This document shows, in pieces, positions 14,930-26,832 of a stretch of 64,000 bases of DNA; position 1 is the stretch's first letter, and each line of letters begins with the position of its first letter. A program made the position numbers and the translations under genes. Location of the stretch: contig NC_042998.1 in assembly GCF_006345805.1 (NCBI RefSeq), positions 112,778,001 through 112,842,000 of the forward strand, in the 5' to 3' direction. The notes under the pieces are model-generated. The model did not search any database, was not told where the DNA came from, and saw only the letters and a program-made list of their open reading frames with translations. The DNA is from Octopus sinensis (taxonomy: Eukaryota).

Positions 14930-16522
14930 AAAGACCACAAAGACCATTTCGAAAATAAACCGTCGGTCCGTTTGATTAACCCAACCAAGTCTGACATCGG
15001 ATCCGTCAGCAAGAAGATCCTGGACAGGATTTTACCAAAAATGCGTGAAGCTTCACCCCTTCCACTCTGGAATAGGACCTCCGAGGCAATAACCTGGTTC
15101 CGGGATTTACCAGATAAAAGCAAACACCCGATTCCTACAACTGGATATCGAGGATTACTACGCCTCTATATCGGAGAGCTTGCTGATCGATGCGATTAAC
15201 TTCGCCAGGAGGTCCTCCACCATCACCGAGGCCGAGCAAGATGTGATCCTCCACGCACGTAAGACTTTCTTTTCTATGACGGATCCCACTGGATCAACAA
15301 AAAATCTGTGACCCCCTTCGACGTCAGCATGGGTGCTAACGACTCTGCTGAAATAAGTGACCTAGTGGGCCTTTTCATCCTCCATAGGCTGAAAACCCTA
15401 TTCACAGGCTCTCGGTGGTCTTTACCGAGATGACGGCCTTTTCGCCCCACAATATAAACCCCAGGACCACGGATGGGTTCCGGAAAAACCTTCACACCTT
15501 CTTTAAAAACTTAGGCCTTAGGATTACCCTAGAATCCAACTTAACAAAGGCTAACTTCCTCGATGTCACCCTCGACCTAAAAACCTCACTTTATTACCCG
15601 TACCACAAACCAAATGAATCCTTTGATATATAGATATCAATTCCAACAACCCAAAAATATATTAGATAACCTAATAAAAAGTGTCTCAATTAGAATCTCT
15701 AGCCTGTCCGCCACGGAAGATATCTTTAAAGCCGCAGCCCCCTATTACAACGAGGCCCTGGCCCGCAGTGGTTTTAAAGATAAGATTACCTACACTAGTA
15801 TAGCCCCACGCCAACCCAGGGAAAATAGACGAAGACACATTAGCTGGTACAACCCCCCCTTCAACCGTGAGGGTCGCTACACCTGTAGCTAAGATCTTTT
15901 TCACTCTCCTACAGAAACACTTCCCCACCCAACATAAGTACTACACTATCCTAAATAAGAACACTATTAGACTCTCCTACTCTACCACGCCCAATCTAGC
16001 CAGGAACCTAGCCAACAACAATGTGAAAAAACTTAACATATCTACTTTCTCCGGGGCCCATCCAACGTCCGATAGCAGTTGCAACTGCCATGATAAACCA
16101 CCTGCCCCCTCAACAACAACTGCCTACAGAGGGACCTAGTATATAAATGCGAGGTAAGATCAGGCCTTGACGATAAAAGTAAATCCTACATTGGAATGAC
16201 GTCAAACAGCTTTAAGACCCGCTGGTACGCACATACACACTCGTTCCGGCGACAGGATAAATCCAACCAAACTACCCTCGCCGCCCACATCTGGTACCTT
16301 AAAAGGAACTCAATCCCCTTCAAGACCAAGTGGAAACTACTACAGAAGGCGCGCTCGTACACAGGAGGACATACCTGCTGTGACCTATGCATATCAGAGA
16401 GCCTAGAGATCTTGTTCGCCAAAGGCCCTCTCCTTAACAAATTTTCAGAACACTCCCCTAATTGCATGCATAAGAAGTATGCGAACTACAAGAACTATAG
16501 ACCTACCCGGCAACCTGATTGA
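14930..16522 (+). mobile_element. 5'-truncated Penelope-like element, RT plus C-terminal GIY-YIG endonuclease
   Basis: [24 protein letters not shown]; LQLDIEDYYASI; FDVSMGANDSAEISDLVGLFIL; GLYRDDGL (about 15418-15440); CNC..CPLNNNC; VYKCEV...SYIGMTSNSFKTRWYAH; CDLC...CMH. Several single-base frameshifts. Hydra-clade assignment is inference. Confidence 0.9.
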
Positions 16523-17766
16523 TGACAACCCCCCCCCCTACAAACCCCCCCAACCCCACTGTTCCCCTAGCACCCCCGATTACCTTTTCTCCTAAGACCT
16601 TTCACATATTGTATGTGCACGCTTGTATATGTGTATCGTATGTATGTATATATGTATAGAAATGCATGGGTACAGTAGGAATATACGCATGTATTATGTG
16701 TGTGTGTGTGTGTATGTATGCATGTAAAAAAAATATATATATGTATATATGTTTGCATATATGAATATATATATATATATATATATGTATGTGCTTGTAT
16801 GTGTGCGTGTGTGTGTATATATGTATATGTGTTTGTACGTATGTGTATATACGTGTAAATGTATGTGGTTTTGTATGTGTATGTATGTATAAAATATTAT
16901 ATAATTAGGGCTTAGTAAAATAAAATAAATTACTTTGCCACATACTAAACTTTCTAGAAATAGCAGCCAATAAAGGTTTTTAGCCTCTTCCACTACTTAG
17001 AGAATTTTTTCCCTCTAACATTGTTTACTCAAAATAATAATGGTCCCTTTACATACTGAATTCTTGGTGAATTTGATTAATAACTAATTAACTTTACCCT
17101 CCCTTGTTGATATATATATGTATGTGTATGTGTACATGTATGTATATATATGTGTGTGTGTGTATGTGTGTATGTATGTATTTGTATATATGTGTGTGTG
17201 TATATGTATGTGCGCGCGTGTGTGTGTATGCATGTGTATGTATATTTGTATATGTATGTGCATGTGTATGTATATGTGTATATATATGTATATGTATGTA
17301 TATATATGTATGTGTATATATATATATATATATGTATGTATATGTATGTATATATGTGTGTGTATATGTGTATTATGTATGTATTTATATAGATATGTAA
17401 TTTTTTATATATATATGTATGTATATGCATCTGTCTGTGTGTGTGTATGTGTATATATGTGTATCATTATTGCGTATGTATACATGTATATGTGTATATG
17501 TATGTGTGTGTGTGTGTGTATATGTGTGTAATATATATATATATATATATGTATATATGTGGGGGTATATGTGTATATATATATATATGTATATATGTAT
17601 ATATATGTATATGTATATGTATATATATATATATATGTATGTGTGTATGTGTATATATGTATGTATATGTGTATGTGTGTGTACATGTTATATATATGTG
17701 TGTGTGTATATATATATATATGTTTATATGTGAGTATGTAGAGATATAAGTATATGCATGTGTATA

Positions 17767-17812
<46 letters not shown>

Positions 17813-17974
17813 GGTATGTGTATCCGTGTATATATGTATGTGTGTGTGTATGTATATGTATGTATGTGTGTATATATGTATGTGTATATGTGTATGTGTG
17901 TGTATATATGTGTATATATATATATATATATGTATGTATGTGTATGTGTATGTGTGTGTATGTGTGCATGTATG

Positions 17975-18046
17975 TGTATGTGTATATGTGTATATATATG
18001 TATGTGTATATGTATGTATATGTGTGTATGTGTATATGTGTATATA

Positions 18047-18090
<44 letters not shown>

Positions 18091-18625
18091 GTATATATGT
18101 GTATGTGTGTATATATATATATGTATATATGAGTGCGCGTGTGTGTATGTATGCATATATGTATGTATGCATGTATGTGTATGTAATATGTGTGGAAGTG
18201 TTTGCATATATGTATATGTAAGTATGTGCGCGTGTATGAGTATGTATGTATGCTTGCACACGTGTATATATATGTGTGCGTGTGTATATATATGGATGCG
18301 CGTGCGTGCGTGCACGTGTATGGGTACGCATGTGTATATGTGTATGTGCGTGTATGTGTATGTATGCATATATGTATGTATGCATGTATATGTGTATGTA
18401 TACATGTGTGTAAGTGTGTGCATATATGTATATGTAAGTATGTGTGCGTGTATGAGTATGTATGTATGCTTGCACATGTGTATATATGTGTGTGTGTGTA
18501 TACATATGGATGCATGTGCGTGTGGGCACGTGTATGGGTACGCATGTATATGTGTATGTGCGTGTATGCGTATACGTGTATGTATGTATGTATGTGTGGG
18601 CGTATATTTGTATATGTATGTGTGA

Positions 18626-18676
<51 letters not shown>

Positions 18677-19056
18677 TGGGGGTGTGTGTATGCGTATAAG
18701 TGCATGTAAGTATGGATGTATGGATGTATGTATGTATGTTTACGTATGTATGTGTTTGTGTGTATATGTATGTAGGTGTGTGTATGTATGTGTGTATATA
18801 TGTATATATATATATATGTGTGTATATATGTTTGTGTATGTATATATATGTGTATGTATGTGTGTGTATATATATGGGTGTGTGTGTATGTATGTATGTA
18901 TGTATATATGTATATATGTATATTATATATATATATGTATGTATATGTAATATATATATGTACATGTATGTGTGGGTATATATATATATATATATAGGTA
19001 TGTATCTGTATGTAGGAGTATATATATGTGTGTGTGTGTGTGTATGTGTATATGTG

Positions 19057-19088
<32 letters not shown>

Positions 19089-19433
19089 TGTATATTTATT
19101 GGTGTATATATATAGACTAGCCTCCTAAAGTGTAGACATGAATCTGTAGGTACGAGTACGTATGTGTATATACGTGAACGTATGTAGATGTTTGTATGTA
19201 TGAATATAACGCGTGCGTACGTGTATGTGTATGAATGTACGAATGGGTGTATGTACGTGCTAATGAGTGTGCGTGCGGGAACGAGTACTTGCCTTCTAGT
19301 AGACAGACAATTTGGACATGCTGCCATCGCCAGGATCCTTAGCTCTAGCGATCAAAGATAACAAAAGTAATAAATGAAGATAATAAAATTAAAATTAGGG
19401 AATGGGCCTGTATTGGATTGTGTATATATGTAT

Positions 19434-19481
<48 letters not shown>

Positions 19482-19865
19482 ATATAATGATATATATATA
19501 TATGTATGTGTATGTGTGTATGTGTAGGTATGTATAGGCACACATGTGTACGTATGTGTGTGTGTATGTATATGTGTTTATGTATGTATGTGCACACATT
19601 TTTTTTTTTTTTTTATTTTTTTTTTTTTTATTTTTTTTTTTTTTTATTTATCTATTCTTTCATCTAACTTACCACTGACTCCTTGACCACTCCCCCAAGT
19701 ATGATATTTTGCGCTATGCCTACCCCCAAAAAAGTCCCCCACCACCACTCCTTTAAACCTGCCTAAATGTATAAATGCTAATACAATTCTTGTTAAATAG
19801 CTTCCTGAAGATTTCTCTTGAATGAAACAGTACTAGTCCTGTAGAAGCTCCTTCTATATAATAAA
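17975..19865 (-). repeat. Right arm of an approximately 1.9-kb inverted repeat
   Basis: Near-identical reverse complement of 12998-14925; visible differences are mostly 1-nt indels and repeat-length changes. Confidence 0.95.
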
Positions 19866-19977
19866 TTATTTTACTCTGCTATGTATTGAGTACCTTACTT
19901 ACTGTGGTTAACCCCGATCAACCCGGGACCTACATATATATAAATCTATATATTCTATATATATATATATATATATA

Positions 19978-20014
<37 letters not shown>

Positions 20015-20101
20015 ATATATCTATCTATATATATATATATATCTATATATATATCTATATATAATATATATATATATCTATATATCTATCTATATATAAT
20101 A

Positions 20102-20142
<41 letters not shown>

Positions 20143-20190
20143 ATTATATATATCTATATCTATATATATTATATATATAATATCTATATA

Positions 20191-20223
<33 letters not shown>

Positions 20224-20289
20224 TCGTCGTTATCGTTAAGGGTGGGGGAGGCGACGGTGGTCGCGGTGGCGACGATGGCGGCGGCGGCG

Positions 20290-20578
20290 GCTTTACCTCG
20301 TATCAGAGAATCTATTTTCTTCTTTGCTGAAGGCTTCCTTTATGGTCATTCCGTTGATGACTCTGTGGACCAATTCTTGCATGGAAGAGTCGATGGCATT
20401 GACTGCATGGTAATGTTGGTGGAGGACGAAGATGATTTCGTCGAGCCTTTCTCTCTTGTCGTTTGATTTCTCCTATTCTCTCTACTGGTGGCTTCGAAGA
20501 TTTTGGTTCCCATGGTGATAGAACACCACCAGTTGGGATGGTCTCGGGCTTGCGTTTCAAACGATTTAGGCTCAAGTA
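20290..20578 (-). mobile_element. RTE/BovB-like LINE 3' end
   Basis: KRQERKARR...PTLPCSQCHRLFHARIGPQSHQR, the C2H2-like terminal motif of RTE ORF2. Confidence 0.7.
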
Positions 20579-20699
20579 ATATATATATATACATATAAAT
20601 ATATATATTATATATTATATATATATATATAATATATATATATATATGGGAAAAAAAGTCAAGATAGAAAATGCTAAAATAATTTTATAAAAAAATATT

Positions 20700-23280
20700 T
20701 TAGTACCGGTTTCAGTCATTGAGACTTTTTCAACTGTATGGAAAACAATTAAATCTGGAAAAATTAAAAGAAAGGTTTTTTAAAAGAATATTTGTATAGT
20801 GTTCAAATACAAGTTGCATTTTCCTTGTTTCTGCCTGTCTCTGCCTCTCTTGTTTACTCTTGTGGGTTCGAGGTCGTTCTGAATTCTTGGTAGGGAAGAA
20901 GAAGAAGAAGAAGAAGGGAGAATAAAAAGGAATGTAGTTAGTGTGAAAGTAGTATGGTGATAAATGTTCAAATGACTTAAAATTGGCACCTTATGAATTA
21001 TAGCAGTGATTGGGACTTATTTTTAATGAATTCTTGGGAATCTCTTGAGTGTATCATTTTTAATATTTGCGTGTGTATCTGTGTTATTCTAAGGCCGTGG
21101 TAGATAAGTTGTTTGTCGTAGATGCGTTCAAAAGGGGTCTGTATTTTGTAATAGAGTCTCTTTACTAATTCGTTGGCTCCAGGTTGTATCGTCCCTGAAT
21201 TGGTGGAGGGGAAAAATTCTGAAGCTTGATTTCTGTTATTGGCGCAAATGTCTATGTGTTGGCTGAATGCTATTTTTCTGTTCTGGGGAATTTTGATCTG
21301 GGATCTGTGCAGAGCCATTCTTTTACGTAGACTGTTTTTTGTTTGGCCTATGTATTGCTCTTGACACCTAGAGCAGGTTAGTGCGTAAATTAGGTTCTCC
21401 GAAGTACATGTGAAGTTGCTTTTCACTGTGAAACGTTGTCCCTGTTTGAAGGAGAACTCTGATCCTTCAATTAAATTGATGCATATCCCACAGTTGGGTC
21501 TTCCGCATTTTTTTACTGACGGCTTCTGTGTTGTTGAACGTATTCCGGCTTGTGTTAGGAGACTTTTCGTAGATTTGGGCTGTCTCTTGCTTTTTATGAT
21601 GGTGTGTGTTTGGAGGATTGACTTCATTCTGTGGTCCTTTTTTAGCAGGGGGTATGTTTTGGAGGATGGTGTCGAAAGTTTTATTGTTGAGAGTGTTGCG
21701 TGTGGAGATGTATGGTAGGACTTTTGGTTGTAAATGTTTCTTTAATTTGGGATGTCTGAGTTCCTGGATGTTGAGTAGAAGGGCACGTTGAAAGCATATG
21801 TCAATTAGTGAAGGTGGATAGTTCCTGGTGATGAGTGTATCCTTTAGTTCATGTAGTCATGTGTCTCTAGTGTTTGCATTAGAAACTATAGTACATATCC
21901 TTTTTGCTAAGTTGAAGGGGATATTCATTCTGGGGTGGCATGAGTTGAATGGTAGATATTGCTTGGAATCTATAGTATATATCTGTTTCTATTACATTGT
22001 TAGATTTCTTAATGAGGACGTTGAGGAAGGAAAGTTGTTGCTGGCTATATTCCATCGTGAATTGAATGTTTACATCAAGTCCATTTAAAAGTGCTTGGAA
22101 TTCTTTAAGTTTCTCTATATTTTCATGCCAAAGAATGAAACAGTCAACTAGGTATCTCTTCCAGTTATTTTCTATGTAGAGGGAGAAAGTGCTGCCGTAT
22201 CTTTCTAAAACCTTACGATAAAGACTAATTTCTAGATATCTCATGACTAGGATATCGCAATCCCCGATGTTTGTCAGTAGAAGTTGTTTTTGTAGGCGAA
22301 GTAGTTATTTTTCCAGGATGAATTTTAGCCCTTCTATCACGAATTCTTTTTTGATGCGATGTGGGGGAGTTCGTTGGCGTAATTCTCTAGCCAAAATTGA
22401 ATTGCCTCTATTCCTAGGTTGTGGGGGATATTGGAATAGAGGTTGAATACGTCGAAGGATACTGGTAGGGTATTTTTGTTTATTGTTTTAGGAAGGTGAT
22501 TGAGCATATCCAAGTCGTCCCTTATATAGCTTTCGACATGCTTGAGGAATGGTTTTAAGAGGATATCTAAAAAGTTACTGATGCGGTGGGTTTCGCATGC
22601 GGGACCTGCTATTATAGGTCTCAATTTGAGGACATTAGGAGTAGGGACTTTAATTATTATGTCTGTGGTTATCTTGCAAGCGTTACTTATTTTCTCACTT
22701 TTGTGTATCTTGGGAATACCGTAGAATTGGCTGGTTTTACTTTTGAAATTGGTCATAAAGTCATATTCTTTGTCGGTAAGCCCTTCTTTGTATAGGTTTA
22801 ACATGGATTTTAGGTCTCTCATTATTTTCTGCTGATTGTAGTGTTGGGCTTTTTCATAATATGTTGTGTCTTCCAATATGGATAGTACTAAAGTTATATA
22901 AAATATTGTGTCCATTAAGACAACTGCACTCCCTTTATCAGCCTCTTTGATTATTGTTTTGTCATCTTTTAATTTGTTCAGCTCAGCCCATTCTTTTTTG
23001 CTGAAGTTTGGTTTGCGTTTTTTGTTTGTGCACATGTTGATATGGGTAATTCGAGATGTGTTCACAGAAATGATCAAGAGTTTTGTTCTTACCTTTTGAG
23101 GGGGTGTAGTTACTCCTATTTCAGACCAACGATTTGCCCTCGTTGTATTTGTCGTATAGCTCCTATACGACATAGTATAAAGCTGCCTCATTCACTAGAG
23201 CAATCCACTCACTTGTCTTACAAGTTACTTGACAACCTCCCAAATGTGGGCACTGTGAAAAAAAGATTCAGTACTCAAGG
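20700..23280 (-). mobile_element. Neptune-like Penelope element (RT plus Cys-rich linker plus GIY-YIG), frameshifted
   Basis: IIKEADKGSAVV, FYGIPKIHK, LRPIIAGP, FDVFNLYSNIPH, YLVDCF (degenerate catalytic motif), CGRPNCGIC, NLIYALTCSRCQEQYIGQT..LRKRMALHRSQI. Confidence 0.88.
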
Positions 23281-23779
23281 TAAAAATGGTCGATGTTAGG
23301 TGGGGCATCAAGCAGTGGAAACTATGTCAGACACTGGAGCTTGATGCAGTTCTGTAACCAGATCCTATCAAACCACCCAACTCCTGCCAGCTTGCTCACG
23401 TTGAATTATGATGATGATGATGATAACTGCTGCATTTGCCCAATGCACGCATCCTAGAACTATGTAGTATGACAAATACATCCAAGAACCAAGTTCATTT
23501 AAAGTCAAAAGACAACAGAGTACATAATACAATATCATGTGGAGATGTGTCTTCCATCCATGCTGCAACAACTGCTGCTACTATAAGGTAGTTCTGTGCA
23601 GAGGTGCCTTTCAGCCATCATTCCTACTATGCTATTAACCTATCAAAGTGCTTTTTGAAGTCGTTGTCTTTCCATCTCTGCTTTTGCTGAAACAAGAAAG
23701 CCACCAGTCCTCTGATGTAACCAGACACCTCCACAATACTTTGCCAAATCTATCACAGTAAACTACATTCTTTAAACCT

Positions 23780-24218
23780 GATGACTGGCATCCGTGCTAG
23801 CGGGGTGCAAAGAGTACCATACGAGTGTGATCGTTGACAGAGCGGCTTTTCGAGTATGATCATTACCAGTGTCGCCTTACTGGCACTTATGCCTGTGCTA
23901 GTAGGGTGCCAAGAACACCATCTGAGCGTGATTGTTACCAACGTCGCTTCACTGGCACCTGTGCCAGGGGGCACGTGTAAAAAGATTCAAGCGAGGTCAT
24001 TGCCAGTACCGCCTGACTGGCCCCCGTGCAGTTGGCATGTAAAAAGCACCCACTACACTCTTGGAGTGGTTGGCGTTAGGAAGGGCATACAGCTGTAGAA
24101 ACTCTGCCAGATCAAGACTGGAGCCTGGTGCAGCCATCTGGTTGCCAGCCCTCAGTCAAAACCGTCCAACCCATGCTAGTATGGAAAACGGACGTTAAAT
24201 GATGATGATGATGATGAT
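23780..24218 (+). mobile_element. RTE 3'UTR-derived repeat
   Basis: aaaagcacccactacactc..ggagtggttggcgttaggaagggcat..cagctgtagaaac..ggacgttaaatgatgatg. Other copies at about 25700-25975, 43850-44150, 47060-47457, 55665-56115, 58250-58500, 58980-59180 (-) and 62135-62385. Confidence 0.85.
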
Positions 24219-24716
24219 TTGTTTTGGAATTCACCTCCATTAGTATTGTTTAACTATCATTGGCACTTCAATGCTTTTTCTGTCACCAACTCTCACCTAT
24301 TTCCAAGCCAAGTAATATTTCCACATGTCACCAGACATGGTTTTCATGGAAGACTGGAAATGAACAACACTGAACAACGATGTCAAGACAAGGACACACA
24401 CTCACACACACATATATACACACATATATACATACATATATATATATATATACACACACACACACGACACCATCAACCAAAACTCACTTACATGGTTTTG
24501 GTCAATCAGGGCTATAGTAAAAGACACTTGCCCAAGGTGCTGCACAGTGGGACCAAACCTTAGACGACAAAAATTTTCTTAACCATACACCCACATTTTT
24601 CATTACACGCTGAACTCAATCTACTGAATGACAAGTAAAAATTCCAGTTCTACTAACAAGAAAATTTAACACAAAACAACAAAAATACACAAGTAAAATA
24701 TACAAAATAGAAAGTT

Positions 24717-24812
24717 TTATTTGTCTAAATTTTCTTCACGGAATTTCATTTTCTTTGGAGAGCTTTCCCCTCTGTGAAAAGCCATGGAGCGATTTGGGCG
24801 TGTGATGAAAAG
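24717..24812 (-). CDS. Candidate terminal exon of the NOL8 C-terminal-like gene
   Basis: ctatcttctttccaatatcag| phase-0 acceptor; LFITRPNRSMAFHRGESSPKKMKFREENLDK* with AATAAA overlapping the stop. Homology is weak; chosen on splice signal and phase only. Confidence 0.4.
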   Translation of the reverse strand, partial: LFITRPNRSMAFHRGESSPKKMKFREENLDK

Positions 24813-26741
24813 CTGATATTGGAAAGAAGATAGAAAATAAAGATGAGATTCACGTTTAATTTAAAAACAAAAGGATTTTAAATTTAAAATCAAACAAGGT
24901 TTTTTACTTTACAATTCAAAATAGAAAATGCTAGAGCAAGATTTTAAATTCAAAACAGAAAAGGGATTTACATTTTAATTGAAAATAGAATTAGATTTTC
25001 CTTTTAATTTAAAATAAAACAGTATTTTACTTTTAAATTTAAAATAGAAAAGACTTTAAATGTAAATTTAAACAGAAATTTAAATTCCCCACCTGAGTAT
25101 GAACTACAAAAATGGATTATATCAATAGAGAGGGAGAAAGAAAAAGGGGCGAGAGAGCAAATATGAAATTAGACAAATATCTTAAGATCTCTAAATAAAC
25201 TTAATTAACACAAATCATCTCTTAAAAACTAAAAAAATAAGTGGTCTCTACAAAATAGAGCAAATGATTAAGAGATAATTTGCCTAAGAGATAAAAAAAA
25301 CCAAGGATTAAGAAAGAAACTTAACCAAGAGCAAGTAATTACAGATGGAAAATAGACTAACAAAATATTTCTCAGAAAAATGAGAATCAAAGATCTCAAA
25401 AGATTCATGAAGAATAAAGGGTAAAGAGAAGTCTATACTTCAAAGAGATGAAGTCATCCAAAAAGAAGATTAACTCTTTCAATAGCAATCCACCCAAAAC
25501 CAACTGTATTAACCCTCTGCTTATCCTAATATCACACATTAACCCACATGTGATACACAGGGTATATTTCTCTGGGTACCCATGCACCATATATGATACA
25601 CACTCCCAATGTTTTTCAATCACCAGACTGACTTGGAACTTACAAAAAGCAAGTTTTATATTACTCAGAACATATGATTTGGACAGGCAAATGGGCCTCA
25701 TAGAGGCAATGTAGCCGATGCCAGTGTCACATAACAGGCATGTAAAAAGCACCATTCAAGCACTGGGCCTCATGGAAGTAATGTGACCAATGCTGGTGTC
25801 ACATAACAATACCCATTACACTCTTTCAGTGGTTGGCATTAGGAAGGGCATCCAGCCATAAAAACCATGTCAAATCAGACTGGAGTCTGATGCAGCCCCT
25901 CAGCTTACCAGCCCTGGTCAAACTGTCCAACTCATGCCAACATGGACAACAGACATTAAATGATGATGATGATTACTGTCAAATATAATACTTATTTATT
26001 TGCATTGTTTTGAATTAGTTCTGCATTATCTTGTAGCTTCAAGATTTCAATGATGTGATTCTTTTTTAGAATGACATTTTGAGGTAGGTGTGAGAGGCCA
26101 GACCTGGCAGTTTGAACACAAATCAGGTGAAAATTTTGGTTGGTTTATTGAAGGGTTAATCCTTTAATTACAATAATTTTAATGAAACACACATTTTTTT
26201 TCATCTCTTACTCAGGAGGAAGGGCAGTGCTTCTAAGATTGGTAGGAGGGTGTAAAGAAAATATCCTCAAACACAGAGACCAAGCCTGAAAGCTTGCAAC
26301 AGGATGAGTTCTGCTAAAGGTAATCAAGGAGTAGGTGGGTAATGGATTAAGTGTAACACTCAAAAGGGGCAGTGGAATTTGAGCTCAGAATACAAAATAT
26401 ATGAAATAAACACAAGCCGACTCATGCTAGCAAAGAACACAGGCATTATATGATGATGATGATGATGATGATGATAATGAAGATGGATAAATGGAAATTT
26501 TAGTTATTTTATTAAATTTCCAAATTCTTGAATACTCTTTTACTTGTTTCAGTCATTTGACTGTGGCCATGCTGGAGCACTGCCTTTAGTCAAGCAAATC
26601 AAACCCAGGACTTATTCTTTGTAAGCCTAGTACTTATTCTATTGGTCTCTTTTGCCGAACCACTAAGTTATGGGGACATAAACATACCAGCATTGGTTGT
26701 CAAGCAATGTTGGGGGGGACAAACACAGACACACAACATAT

Positions 26742-26772
<31 letters not shown>

Positions 26773-26832
26773 CTATTATAATTATTATTATATTGATAGC
26801 TTACGTTTATTGAGTGTATTTAAATCTCAATT

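Noticed and set aside
14930-16522. Selenoprotein-encoding Naiad-type PLE
   Set aside because: The endonuclease is C-terminal rather than N-terminal, and the frame breaks are indels, not in-frame UGA at Cys positions.
12304-19599. Many long ORFs (up to 413 aa) rich in Y/I/H/T/C/V/M
   Set aside because: They are translations of TA/TG/CA microsatellites, which lack stops in several frames; not genes.
19790-19855. Hammerhead in the inverted arms (CTGAAGA...GAAAC...GTC)
   Set aside because: U-U at the base of stem II, a bulged stem III and no pairing next to the cleavage site; at best a degenerate motif.
25405-25755. Minus-strand ORF containing FFLDD as a NOL8-like exon
   Set aside because: No suitable splice sites and out of order; the FFF..DD.RL motif is already supplied by 40262-40165.
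26212-26232. Alternative terminal exon KHCPSS* on the minus strand
   Set aside because: Too short to support from sequence alone; no homology evidence.
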